A stretch of 63,903 nucleotides of DNA, filler included, from Octopus bimaculoides (Eukaryota), in assembly GCF_001194135.2 (NCBI RefSeq). It is 8 parts of 8 records of this genome, joined end to end, with 100 filler letters (N's around TTAATTAATTAA, not from the genome) between each part and the next. Parts side by side here need not be neighbours in the genome. Positions count along the whole stretch, not along the records: positions 27,101 to 40,597 come from NC_068994.1; positions 40,698 to 48,212 come from NC_068991.1; positions 48,313 to 54,654 come from NC_068992.1; 5 more parts are not named here. The stretch is one strand, 5' to 3'. The stretch's first letter is position 1. The number at the start of each line of letters is the position of its first letter. This document shows, in pieces, positions 38,587 through 52,742 of the stretch. The notes under the pieces were generated by a model. The model was given only the letters and a program-made list of their open reading frames with translations, was not told where the DNA came from and made no database searches. Made by a program: the position numbers and the translations under genes.

Positions 38587-39288
38587 CCCATGAGGAATCT
38601 GCAACCCAGTCAATTGTCTCGCTAGAAATAGCAGTCAAGGGCAAACTGCAGCCTGTGTGACTTTCTGAATGGCAGGTCAATTACCTTGAGTTTTTTTATA
38701 GTGGTGAGGCCTGCCACATGATGAGCCATGCCACATGTGGCCTGCTTCTTGGCAAACATTGCCCATGCCTGCCTTACCATTTAACTATGAAAGAACAGAC
38801 AGACTGGACAATGTAGTGGTAGGTATACAAAAGGACGGAATGGTCATGGTTGGAACGCCTCTAATCATAGATCCGTTGTGTTCAATCAGCACATCTTGGG
38901 GCGAAACAACAACATCACACGCACAATGATTGTTTACCGTGTTGAATAAATAGGATCGTAATTTGTTGAGAATAATAAAAAAAATATCAATTTGGACAGC
39001 CAAACTTTGAAAGAACAGGTTTTCCCTTGCACCATATTATTCTCTCTCTTTACAGTAACCTCAAAATACTTTAAATAGCAATCCGGATGTTAAAACTATA
39101 ACGTGTGCAGATCATGTTTACAATGACTTATATTGAATTCAATTTTAGCTGGTTGGGTTACTGACATCTCTCACCCAACCAAATTACACCATAAAATCTT
39201 TAAAAAAGAAAAAAAGAAAAGAAAAATGCTTCTGATAGGACCCTATGGAGAATTCTACCCTCACAACTTCTTAACCATTTAGCTATGC

Positions 39289-39558
39289 CAGGGGTTTTCA
39301 AACTGTGGTCCCCGGACCACAGGGAGTCCGCAAGGACAAGACAGGGGGGCAATTTGATTTTATATATGTTTTTTAATCGAAATCTTTTAATTCACAATAA
39401 ACCTATTTGTTAAATACTGTTAAATAAATAAATGTAAAAATATATGCTATTCTAAGCAAATATTTATGTATAAATTTCATAAGCGTTTATAAGGGGGTCC
39501 CTAAGGTAAAGCCTGAAATATAAAGGGGTCCGCAAGTCAAAAAGTTTGAAAACCCCTG
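39289..39558. mobile_element. hAT-superfamily MITE (270 bp)
   Basis: Perfect 16-bp TIRs CAGGGGTTTTCAAACT/AGTTTGAAAACCCCTG and a perfect 8-bp TSD AGCTATGC (39281-39288 and 39559-39566). Confidence 0.95.
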
Positions 39559-39963
39559 AGCTATGCCATACATCATCATTATTTAACGACTGTCTGCCAT
39601 TCTGGCATGAGTTGGACTTCACATATATACATACATACACATCAAATACATATAAATGGAGGTACCACCTGAGTGGCCCTCGTGCCGGTGACACGTGAAA
39701 AGCACCCACTACACTCTCGGAGTGGTTGGCGTTAGGAAGGGCATCCAGCTGTAGAAACTCTGCCAGATCAGATTGGAGCCTGGTGTAGCCTTCTGGCTTG
39801 CCAGTCCTCAACCAAACCGTCCAACCCATGCCGGCATGGAAAGCGGACGTTAAGCGATGATGATGATGTATGTATGTATGTATATTTGTATGTACATACA
39901 CGTGTCGGTATATATACATACACACACATCTGTACATATATACACAAAAATATGGACAAAGAT

Positions 39964-40005
<42 letters not shown>

Positions 40006-40544
40006 GTAGATAGATAGATAGATAGACTAAACACACATACGCATGCATTTATATACTAATAGGCTGTGTGTTGATATTATCCTATGCTAAAATATGATAA
40101 TACCTACGACTGTTAATTTTCCAATCAACAGACCTTTGAAATATTGGGATTTTAAATGAAACTTCCGCCAGTTCCCTTCATCAAACACTTGTAAAAAAAT
40201 ATATGACAATCTCGCACGGCACAGATGTCGTTCTATCTCCACGTTAGTCCTGAGCGAACGAACCTACTTTGTCACAGAGCGCCTCAGCTGTGACCATCCC
40301 GTAATTTTGCTGACTAGAAACTTACAATACATAAGGCTACATATTATCATTACTATTATTATTATTCCCGCGATAGCAGGGCGTGGTTTGAGGGAGATTC
40401 GGTAGTTATGCCGAATAGGTCGGTGGACATGGCAGAAGCACCTTCTTTGGTTCGTAATTGTTGAAATGTGTGCAAGTTTACGTATTTGTAAAACCTAGTA
40501 AACAGTGCCACTCCCCAAGAGGAAACACATAAAATAGACAATCT

Positions 40545-40597
<53 letters not shown>

Positions 40598-40697
40598 NNN
40601 NNNNNNNNNNNNNNNNNNNNNNNNNNNNNNNNNNNNNNNNNTTAATTAATTAANNNNNNNNNNNNNNNNNNNNNNNNNNNNNNNNNNNNNNNNNNNN
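40598..40697. other. Artificial scaffold join
   Basis: 44N + TTAATTAATTAA (40642-40653) + 44N. Confidence 0.95.
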
Positions 40698-42674
40698 TAT
40701 ATAGGGAAAAATGCGAGCATGAAATGTCATATTCGTAAGATTATAAACCTGGTTTCTTATTCTTTACTTTACTAGAAGTAATAGCTGGTCCTATACTTTT
40801 ACAGGTGTAATAACTTGTCCTGTACTTTTTCAGGTTTATAATCTTTAAAATATGACATTTCATACTTGCATTTTCCCATGTAATCCATGATTGCTCCAGG
40901 AATTGCTGTTATAAGATGATTAATAATCTGTCAATTAATAATTTAAGATTTTACCTTATAAAATACTGAAAGATAATATTTTAATTTTTACATGTAAGTG
41001 ATGATATTATTTAAATTTTTTCATGTTTAATTTAAATATGTGTTGTGATTGAATTATTTGATATTACCCATCCACATCAAATTAATGGCAGGGATTTTTA
41101 CCATTTTGTTGGTTGCACCATAGCTCACCAAAAGTTACAAACAAGACCACAAATCCATCAGTTACCAGGCTCATCTTAAGAAACCTAATTTTGCAATATT
41201 AGATCACAGGAATTCATTCACCGAAAAAAATTTCCAATGATTCCGGGATTGGGGGGACCCACCACCTCATTTTTTCCGAACTAAAATAAGGGATTTACAG
41301 CATATTAGGAGGTCAGGGTACTTGATTCCACACAAAAAATCAATTTTTTATTTTTTCTTCGTGAAAAGCATGCGGGTATCAATATAGAAATTGACCCTAA
41401 TGTTGTTATTTAGCCTCAAAGCAACCCTGATACTGCAAACGTATCATCAAAGACATTCCAGCCTTCAGCAAACCATCTTTTTAGGGATAATCTAGGACAT
41501 TACATATAATAGGCGTGTGAATTATGTAGGGGGGATACTTTGGCTGCTATTTTTAAAGTGTTGAGCGACCAGGTAGAGGCTCTTTCATTGATTCGATTGC
41601 GTGATGAGATTTATTTTACACGTATATGTAATATGTATATATATCATCGGCAAAAGTTAGAGAGTAAGTCAAAAGCTGAGAGTTTCGTGTATTGGCACTT
41701 ATCAAACACGAATTTGTCCATTGTCACTCTGTAACTTCTGACGAAATAACTTCTGAAATACAAAATTTTGTCAAAAACGTTTAGATTAAACACTGTTCTA
41801 TGTGACACATTCTACCAGCATCGGAAGTTTGAAAGTGTTTATTCTTTAAAAAATTAATTGTACAGTCTGTACGTCAAAGTCGACCTCGGCGAAATTTGAA
41901 CTCAGAACATAAAGACAAACGAAATACCGGTAAGCATTTCGCCCGGCGCGCTTGCGCTTCTGCCAGCTCACCGTCTTAGAAGTATATTCTTTATACTTAT
42001 TGTTTAAGCGTTACTTCTTACTTACTGATATTAAATTTCGTAACATTTTACCTCATAACTATTTTTCTACTAATTTTTGTTCAATGCGACAAACGATTCT
42101 GAATTCCTCACGCATTTTTCTATCATTTAAGCCTAAGAAAAGTATACTTTTAGTTTAAGATTTAAAATTTTATGTTAATTGATGATGACCTTACTGCCCA
42201 CTTAAGGTCGCAGATATTTTGATGTAACTTTTTTTTCTACTGAACCAAATCTCAAACTATTTATGCCAAAGTGTAGGTGAGGATGTGTCCTCTTTAAAAA
42301 ATTAACAGTTTTGCAATTTAGTTGAAAACTGAATTAGTGGTGAAGCTTGGAAGCTGCTACGATTGACGAAATGATAGACTTAAGAATATATTCAACCACT
42401 ACCGTGGTTGAATGATATTTATATATATATATGTATGTATGTATGCACATGTATGTGTGTGCGTGTCTGTTTCTGTGTATCTCTGTGTCTGTGTAAGCGG
42501 TCCAATTTAATATTCCGACAACAGATTATCATGATCACTATATTTGTACGTTCATCTCTTTCTTTCCGCTATTTACAAATCAATCAAACTATATGTACAT
42601 ATATACAAACACACACACACACACATACACACACAAACGCACACACATACACACACACACACACACACACTTAA

Positions 42675-42706
<32 letters not shown>

Positions 42707-43088
42707 CAGGCGCAGGAGTGGGTGTGTGTTAAGAAGCTTGCTTTCCAAACACATGTTTACGGGTTCAGTTCCACTGCGTGTCACCTGCAGCAAGTGTCTT
42801 CTACTATAGCCTCGGGCTAACCAAAGCCTTGTGAGTGGATTTGGTAGACGGAAACTGTTTGTGTGTCTGTGTTTGTCCCCCACCATCGCTTGACAACCGA
42901 TGTTGGTGTGTTTACGTCCCCGTAACTTAGCGGTTCAGCATGAGAGACCGATTAAATAAGTACTAGGCTTACAAAGAATAAGTCCTGGGGGTCGATTTGT
43001 TTGAACGTATAGATATTTAGACATTCACATTATATATGATGTATACCCTAAATGTTATATATACTATGGTGTGTATGTACACATATAC

Positions 43089-43129
<41 letters not shown>

Positions 43130-43134
43130 AAGAT

Positions 43135-43172
<38 letters not shown>

Positions 43173-43199
43173 TTAACTAAGTTTTTCTTCTATATGATA

Positions 43200-43246
<47 letters not shown>

Positions 43247-43974
43247 AATGTTTCTTTCATAAATCTGACATAAAACACAAGTTGTGTGTAATGATATTCA
43301 GTAACCTATCTCACTGTTTACTAGCGCAGACTTCCAGACATTCCGACATTTTGCAGTGTTATTACCCAGCTCTTGTTACACATTTCTCCCTGTGACTCCT
43401 ATGATTTGATCAGCTCTGAACTGTCTCATAACGGTTCCGATGTCTACTATTAAAAAGAAGAAAAACTCGCAAATATTTAGATGTACGAAAATGGAATTTC
43501 ATTTAGACTATAGTTTGGGATATTTTTTTTTACTTTTTGTATTTTTTTTTTCATTTTTATATTTTTATTTTTATTTTCACATTCTACAACCAGAAATATC
43601 TATACCCGTTAAATGCATCGCATGTATGTGCATAATGTAATCTAAGTATGTAGAGTATGTATGTAATGTGATGTATCGTTGCATCCATGTATATGCATAG
43701 AATGTGAAATATATTTATGTATATGTAAGTGTATATGTCTGTATGTAACTATGTAATGCGGTGTATATACGTATGTCCACCATACATAAAGCTTTCACGT
43801 GTATGTAATGTTAGATTTGATCGCGTGCACGCGCGCGCACATACACACATCCACACAAACACACGCACTTATATACTTAAATACACATTATATACATACA
43901 TATGTATATATATATATATTTTATTTTATATAAAAATATATGATATAGTTATATCAATATGTTACATATTAATT

Positions 43975-44016
<42 letters not shown>

Positions 44017-44265
44017 CGTGTGTGTGTATGTGTGCATGTATATATTTACTTGTTTGACTGCGGCCATGCTGGGGAGTCACTTTGAAAGGTTTATTAGTCG
44101 AACAAATGGACCCTATGGCTTATTTTTTAAAAACCTAGCACTTATTCTATCGGTCTCTTCTTCTGAACCGCTATGTTACGGGGATATAAACACCAACACC
44201 GGTTGTCAAACGGTGGTGGTGGACAAACACACATACATAAACACATACATACATACATACATACA

Positions 44266-44296
<31 letters not shown>

Positions 44297-47200
44297 GGCT
44301 GTGGCTGTGTGGTAAGTAGCTTGCTTACCAGCCACATGGATCCGGGTTCAGTCCCACTGCGTTACACCTTGGGCAAGTGTCTTCTACTATAGCCTCGGGC
44401 CGACCAAAGCCTTGTGAGTGGATTTGGTAGACGGAAACTAAAAGAAGTCCGTTGTATATATATATATATATNNNNNNNNNNNNNNNNNNNNNNNNNNNNN
44501 NNNNNNNNNNNNNNNNNNNNNNNNNNNNNNNNNNNNNNNNNNNNNNNNNNNNNNNNNNNNNNNNNNNNNNNNNNNNNNNNNNNNNNNNNNNNNNNNNNNN
44601 NNNNNNNNNNNNNNNNNNNNNNNNNNNNNNNNNNNNNNNNNNNNNNNNNNNNNNNNNNNNNNNNNNNNNNNNNNNNNNNNNNNNNNNNNNNNNNNNNNNN
44701 NNNNNNNNNNNNNNNNNNNNNNNNNNNNNNNNNNNNNNNNNNNNNNNNNNNNNNNNNNNNNNNNNNNNNNNNNNNNNNNNNNNNNNNNNNNNNNNNNNNN
44801 NNNNNNNNNNNNNNNNNNNNNNNNNNNNNNNNNNNNNNNNNNNNNNNNNNNNNNNNNNNNNNNNNNNNNNNNNNNNNNNNNNNNNNNNNNNNNNNNNNNN
44901 NNNNNNNNNNNNNNNNNNNNNNNNNNNNNNNNNNNNNNNNNNNNNNNNNNNNNNNNNNNNNNNNNNNNNNNNNNNNNNNNNNNNNNNNNNNNNNNNNNNN
45001 NNNNNNNNNNNNNNNNNNNNNNNNNNNNNNNNNNNNNNNNNNNNNNNNNNNNNNNNNNNNNNNNNNNNNNNNNNNNNNNNNNNNNNNNNNNNNNNNNNNN
45101 NNNNNNNNNNNNNNNNNNNNNNNNNNNNNNNNNNNNNNNNNNNNNNNNNNNNNNNNNNNNNNNNNNNNNNNNNNNNNNNNNNNNNNNNNNNNNNNNNNNN
45201 NNNNNNNNNNNNNNNNNNNNNNNNNNNNNNNNNNNNNNNNNNNNNNNNNNNNNNNNNNNNNNNNNNNNNNNNNNNNNNNNNNNNNNNNNNNNNNNNNNNN
45301 NNNNNNNNNNNNNNATATATATATATATATAAGGTTACAATGAATAGCTTATGTCGATGTATACATACATATATACATACAAATATATACGCAGAATATA
45401 AGTGAGTGTGTGCATGTTGATACATATCTGAATATGTGTGAGTTTGGTTGTGCATGTGAGTATAAATATGTAGGTATAAGTGGGCGCGTAAAAGATGAGG
45501 AAATAATATATCACAAGCAATGGGATGATTGATAGATGTGTATAGGGGAGCTTTGATTATATACACAGACACACATTCACACAACGACATAAATACATAC
45601 ACACTTACATATACATCATATTTATAAAGTATAAATATTTATCTTGTGTGTATATCTGTGTGTATGTGCAGGGAGAGCTGGGTTTTTTCATAAATCATAT
45701 ATGAGAGAAGCCATGAATATCTGACAACTTATAAAACTTCAGTATCCATAAATGGGTTATTGGATGAAGAGTAAGTGCTGTGGTGCTCATGCATTTCTGT
45801 AAAATATCAAGAGTGCCAATTTTTTGATACATTCAAGACTGTGACGTAAATTTAGACCAATGGCAGCTTGTCTCTATTATAAATGTAATTGCATGTATGC
45901 GGGTCTATATTTGTATGTGTATATACATTTGCTGTTTAATATGTATAAGCAATTGCAATATATGCAAACGAATCTAGTCATAACAGCTAAACACTGGTTT
46001 GTGGCTGATTTAAATAGCAATCACTATAATATTCTCTTTGTAACTGGAAGCATGAGAATGTGCTTGTCTTCTTATAAGAGGTCAAAAAACCTTGTGTGAA
46101 GAAATATAAAAAGATGCACTCAGCAGCTGTTTAGAAGCTTGGGTGATGAAATAGGAGATTCACTGTTTCGAGACAATGCTCATTTGTGAAGAACAGAGGG
46201 AAAAGCTTTGTGCTTTCATTTTAAGCACTGCGTTTACGGAACTGTCTTCTCTTTTCATTTATTTCTCTGCTTGTTGTTGACGAAAGACCACTGTTTAAGT
46301 GTTAAATGCACTCACCCCTCTGTTTCTTACATAAATTAATAACCATTATTTTTGATTGTTTGTTTGTTTTTTGTGGCGGGGATTGTCTTTTTTTCGTTTT
46401 GCTGTTTTGTTCCTGCAACTTTTTGGGTATTTCATTACCATATATATTCTAGTACACAGACTTCTAGGTTGCCGCTGAAGTTAATTTATATTGGTTTCAG
46501 GAGACTTAGCGACAATATAGAAGTTGCTTCTCTGGTTCATTTGTTGCACTATTATGTATTTTACGCGGAATATTTGTGTGCATATGTCTATGCATGTGTG
46601 TATGGGTGTCTGTGTATGTGTGTGAATGTGCATACATGTGAATGAGGGAGTGCATATGCGTGGGCATTATGCATGTGTGAGTGTGCATATGTGTAATTGC
46701 ATTACATATAGGTACATTTGCTTTATTGTGTTTAAATATTGTATCTATGTGCTGTGTGTCATGTTGCGTATGTGTATGTATATTTATAAATTTGTATATA
46801 TGTATACCTGTGTGTATGCGTGTATGTGTGCATGTATGTGTGTATGTATATATGTATTTATGTCTATTAGTACGTGCATGTATGTGTATGCATGTATATA
46901 TGTATATGTGTATGTGTTTATCTTCGTGTATATAATATATATATATAATATAAATAATATATATATATATACATACGTATATGTACATACTCACATCTAT
47001 ACGTATATATATATGTGCATATGTGGGCACAGGANNNNNNNNNNNNNNNNNNNNNNNNNNNNNNNNNNNNNNNNNNNNNNNNNNNNNNNNNNNNNNNNNN
47101 NNNNNNNNNNNNNNNNNNNNNNNNNNNNNNNNNNNNNNNNNNNNNNNNNNNNNNNNNNNNNNNNNNNNNNNNNNNNNNNNNNNNNNNNNNNNNNNNNNNN

Positions 47201-48212
47201 NNNNNNNNNNNNNNNNNNNNNNNNNNNNNNNNNNNNNNNNNNNNNNNNNNNNNNNNNNNNNNNNNNNNNNNNNNNNNNNNNNNNNNNNNNNNNNNNNNNN
47301 NNNNNNNNNNNNNNNNNNNNNNNNNNNNNNNNNNNNNNNNNNNNNNNNNNNNNNNNNNNNNNNNNNNNNNNNNNNNNNNNNNNNNNNNNNNNNNNNNNNN
47401 NNNNNNNNNNNNNNNNNNNNNNNNNNNNNNNNNNNNNNNNNNNNNNNNNNNNNNNNNNNNNNNNNNNNNNNNNNNNNNNNNNNNNNNNNNNNNNNNNNNN
47501 NNNNNNNNNNNNNNNNNNNNNNNNNNNNNNNNNNNNNNNNNNNNNNNNNNNNNNNNNNNNNNNNNNNNNNNNNNNNNNNNNNNNNNNNNNNNNNATATAC
47601 ATATATATATATACTATTTATATTATTATATGATTGAACGCCACGCATCCTCTTCCAAGTACGTTTTATTTTAATTCTGATGCGCACTCTATACGATCAT
47701 TTTACTCTTTCGTTTTTCTCGCTTTCTCTCTCTTATTCTTTTCCCTCCTCTTCTCCCACTATTCTATCCTATTACTCTGTCCTTCTCTCTCTCTCTCTCT
47801 CACTCTACCTCCTCCCTTGCTCACGTGGCTCCCACGTGACCATCGGCCATTTTTCTTTCTTATCTTAACTTGTGTTTCTTTCTTTCTCTCCGTTGTAGCT
47901 GGAACAAGGAAGACGTGTTCTTGTCTGTCTCCTGTCCAAGCTTGATTTACGCGTTCGCTAACACAACCTCGTTTAGGCTTTGCAGCCCTTCCTGTTTGTT
48001 TTCATTGTCCTGTTTGTGTTACCAATTTTGATCCTCCGCAAAAATCCCAAATTTTATTTAATTTGCTTTGCGGGAGCAACTGTTTTATAGAAAGCGTATA
48101 TTGTTCTTAAATGCTCGAAATGCGAGAGTAGAAAAACCGCCAACAACTCGTACTTTGTATTTTTTTTTTGTTCACATTTCATGACGTCCTGTACCCACAT
48201 GTACATATATAT

Positions 48213-48312
48213 NNNNNNNNNNNNNNNNNNNNNNNNNNNNNNNNNNNNNNNNNNNNTTAATTAATTAANNNNNNNNNNNNNNNNNNNNNNNNNNNNNNNN
48301 NNNNNNNNNNNN
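48213..48312. other. Artificial scaffold join
   Basis: 44N + TTAATTAATTAA (48257-48268) + 44N. Confidence 0.95.
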
Positions 48313-48430
48313 TATATATATATATATATATATATACATACATATATATATATATGAAAGTTATACCCACTCTATCGAAAAATATACGAGTGAATATTTT
48401 TTTACATGGAACTTTAGGCAACCATAACAT

Positions 48431-48468
<38 letters not shown>

Positions 48469-49489
48469 TATATTATGCCAGTATGTGCGTGTACACACTC
48501 ATACACTCACGTGCATATACTTTCAATTACAGGCATATTAATGATGCTACTTTAATTGATAATACAGATGAAAAAGCGAGGAATGTATTTTATAAAATAC
48601 AAACAACTCCTGAGAACAGTTTACAAAAGTACAAATATCAATTATATTCAACACAATACAGGTTGTGGTAACCCTTTACTTCTAATATGGCTGCATGCTC
48701 TCAGGCGATAATCCCTGGTTATCTTCTCTGTCCAACCTGGAATATCTTCGCATAGAAGTCGGGAATTGACGAAGCATTATACTGTAATTTTTCATATATC
48801 ATACTACCAATGACTTAGAAAATGGAGGGCATGTCATATAAACAAAACGAATCGTGAGATGAATTCGTTGAGGTTTTTTTTTCTACTTGTTAACCCATCG
48901 TTATACATTTGAAAAATGGCAAAATTTAACCCAATTTCAAAAACGATAAACAGGAGTTGCAAAGGAAGAATAGAGGTCAGAAAAACAAAGAATCTAAACT
49001 ATAAATATCTTTCATGGTATTCAAATAACAATGGAAAGGCTCAGTGCTTTCCTGTTGCTGGCCACTGCGTTTGATTGGCCTTGTTAAATGGAAAAATGGA
49101 CGCAAATCAAAGACGATGAAATCTATGTCCAGTCCAACAAACGGTGCTTATGAGCTCTGCCTGGAATCTGTTTGCTTGATCTGCCAGACAAAATTGACAA
49201 GAAATCTTCTGGTTTTCTGCACGGTACCAACACATGTATCTAGCTGAGTTGAGGTCTTCTTGAAGGCGAATCCATTGCTGCGTAGACCTAAAATTCAGAC
49301 TGATTTTAGGTGTCAATTCCATAAACTTATTAAAAAAAAATTGATGTACCCCGAAGTGTCTAAAATATTAAAAAGAAGAAATTATGAAAATAAAGGAAAC
49401 CACCAATGTATCATAATACATAATACAAATGAATTTCGTATTTGCAAATATGCGGCAGGCAATAAGTAATTAACATTGGTTATTTCTTA

Positions 49490-49950
49490 TGGCGGTGGTC
49501 TGGTGGAATCGGTAGTACGTCGGCCAATTTTCTTAACGGCATTTCCTCTGGTATTTTTTTTTACGTTCTAAGTTCAAATGCCTCTGCGGTCAACTTTGTC
49601 TTTCATCCTTTTCGGGTCGATAAAATATGTACAATTTAAGCATGGAGTTCCATATAATAGACTGTCCCCACCGCCTTAAATTTGTTAGCCTTTTGTCAAA
49701 ATATGAAACCATTGTCAATTATGGCAAACTGCAAATTATTTTCTGCTTCAGGCATAAGACCCGAAATTTTGGAGGAAGGAGTCAGTTGATTAGATAGACC
49801 TCAGTACGCAACTGGTACATAATTTATCGACCTCGAAAGAATGAAAGGCAAAATCGACCACGGCAGAATTAGAACTCAGAACGTAAAGACAGACGAAATA
49901 CCTCTAAGCATTTCGCCCGGCGTGCTAACGTTCCTGCCAACTTGCCGCCT
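49490..49950. mobile_element. Tail-to-tail pair of S3 SINEs (+ 49490-49715, - 49735-49950)
   Basis: The two copies are reverse complements of the same family. Confidence 0.8.
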
Positions 49951-50939
49951 TTGGCCAATTGCAAATTATGAAATATAACGTAGCGTACACATTGTCAGAA
50001 AGTTGTGCACAAAGCTCATTCGAGTAGCATTGCAACAGAGCGGTCCTGCGAAAGAACGTATTTCTATTCCATCAATATGCACTATTTAAACACGATAGAT
50101 CAGTAATTAGAGTCAGTGGGGGTATCAAGTCAACTAATTGCTATGATACAATGCTAAGAAAACACTTGTCCAAGGTGCTGTGAAGTGGGACTGAATCACT
50201 TTATAAGCGTACGAATCGAAGTGCAACCGTCAGTCTGAACATGCAGTCCACTGCATTATAGCAGAACCAATGCAGACATACTTCCTTTAGACCAGTCATT
50301 CATGTCTGTCTATCCAATTAAGGCGGCGAGCTGGCAGAATCGTTGCACGCCGGGCAAAATACTTTGTGGTATGTTGTTTGCTTTTACGTTCCGAGTTCAA
50401 ATTCTGTCGGATTTGAGTTTGCCTTTCATTCTTTTCAGATCGATAAACGAGTACCAATTGATGACTGGATCAATGTAATCGACATACACCTTCCACCAAA
50501 ATTGCTGGCTTTGTGCCAAAATATGAAACCAATATCTATCTATCGATCGATCTATCTACCAATCTTTTTCACTCTATTACCAAAACGATTAAATGCAAGA
50601 ACATAGCAATAACCTGTAACTTATATACAAAAGACAAGATATCTTCCAATATACTCTGAGACAGTGTATAAATACATAGCAGTGCCGTCTTTAATCAAAC
50701 AAAGCGCTGGTGAGACGAAATACGAACAATACCTACTATTTATCATAATGATTATAAAGATGTAAACATTACAGATAATTAATATTTGATATAATTATTG
50801 TTACAGAGAACGGAAATAACGAAGTGGGGGGGGGGGGGCGAAAGGAAAAGGTGGAAACGAATCTGAAAATAACAATGTAATCACAAGTCCCAAGTTAAAA
50901 ATTAGAAAAAGAACAATGTAACACATCCAGAAGCACAAT

Positions 50940-51785
50940 AGGCGCAGGCACAGCTGTGTGGTTAAGAAGTTAGCCTCCCAGCCGTGTGGTCTAGGGTTCA
51001 GTCCCACTGCACAGCTCCTTGGGCAAGTGTCCTCTACTTTAGCACTGGGCCGACCAATGTTTTGTCAGTTTGGTCGACAGAAACTGAAAGAATCCCGTCG
51101 TGTATGTATATATCTGGATGTATGTGTATGTGTCAATGTGTCCCACACCATCGTGAAACAACCGGTGTTGGTGTGTTTACGTCCCTGTAACTTAGCGGTT
51201 TGGTAAAAGGGAATGATAGAATAAGTACCAAGCTTTAAAATTTACAATAATTTCGATTTGTTCGACTAAACCCCCTCAAAGTGGTGCCCCAGCCTGGCCG
51301 CAGCCCAAAACAAATAAAAGCTTAAAAGCCGAAAGATAACCGGCCGAAATATAAAATGTCTATTTTTATATTTCGGCAGAAGTAGCTGTGTGGTAAGTAG
51401 CTTGCTTACCAACCACATAGTCCTGGGTTCAGTCCCACTGTGTGACACCTTGGGTAAGTGTCTTCTACTATAGCCTCGGGCTGACCAAAGCTTTGTGAGT
51501 GGATTGGTAGACGGAAACTGGAAGAAGTCCGTCGTATATGTATATCTATGTATATATATATGTGTGGATAACTTTGTGTCTCTGTGTTTGTCCCCCCATC
51601 ATTGCTTGACAACCGATACTGGTGTGTTTACGTCCCGGTAACTTAGCGTTTCGGCAAAAGACACCGATAGAATAAGTACTAGGCTTACAAAGAATAAACT
51701 CTGCGGTCGATTTGTTCGACTAAAGGCGGTGCTCCAGCATGGTTGCAATCAAATGACTGAAACAGCTAAGAGGATAAAAAAAATA
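50940..51785 (+). mobile_element. Two tandem S2 SINE copies (about 50940-51330 and 51378-51785)
   Basis: Same head, body and tail as 1785-2190. Confidence 0.88.
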
Positions 51786-52112
51786 AGAGAATACGTTAAG
51801 CGGGCACAAACTACCCTAATTTTAGACAAATGAATGCTCTTAAAAGGGAACAAAAAAAACAAAAAAACGGGGTAAAAAATAGGGCAGAAAAACCTAGCGA
51901 GGCTTATGAAAGATAATCACCGACTAATTTCCAACAGATGCAGTGGAATTGTTTTAGATCCAGGTCGTAGATGTACGCTGAGAGTTCAGAGTAGACAATG
52001 CTATTAAAAATAAATGAATAATGAATGCAGTGGATTCTTGTAGTTGAGGGTGAGGGTGTGGCGAGGGTTCATAAATGACTAAATTAACTGTTCTACAATA
52101 TAAAGTGTGTCA

Positions 52113-52472
52113 GTGGAGGTGCAATGGTCCAGTGGTTAGGGCAGCGGACTCTCGGTTTCGATTCCCAGACCGAGCGTTGTGAGTGTTTATTGAGTGGAAA
52201 CACCTAAAGCTCCACGAGGCTCCGGCAGGGGGTGGTGGTGGCGAACCCTGCTGTACTCTTTTTCTTACACTTTGTTCCTGTTTCTGTTGTACTTGTATTT
52301 TCAAAGGGCCAGCCTTGTCACACTCTGTCTCACGCTGAATCTCCTCGAGAACTACGTTAAGGGTACATGTGTCTGTGGAGTACTCAGCCACCTGCACGTT
52401 AATTTCACGAGCAGGCTGTTCCGTTGATCGGATCAACTGGAACCCTCCATCGTCTCAACCGACGGAGTGCCA
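52113..52472 (+). mobile_element. tRNA-derived SINE, family S1
   Basis: Matches 6965-7345. Confidence 0.9.
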
Positions 52473-52742
52473 GGTCGACGACGAAAGTGAGTCAGTTTCA
52501 AAACCAGTTTTTCTGAGCGAAACTGAGCTGCTGTATTTTTTATAAATCAGTCGTTCTGTTTCCTGAACGAAGCCACGCCCGCCCTCTCATTAAAAAGAAA
52601 ATTGGTATCTCTAAAGGCTAATTTTCAGTTGTAATAATTTGTTTCTCAGTCATATATTTAAGAGCCGGCATATATATATAATTTTTTTCAGAATGATATA
52701 AAATTCCAAGGCTGTGAAACATTTCAGAACATTTATAAATAG

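Noticed and set aside
45670-45775. Plus-strand exon-like unit ending GAAGA|GTAAGT
   Set aside because: The acceptor lies in (TG)n-like sequence and all three frames contain stops.
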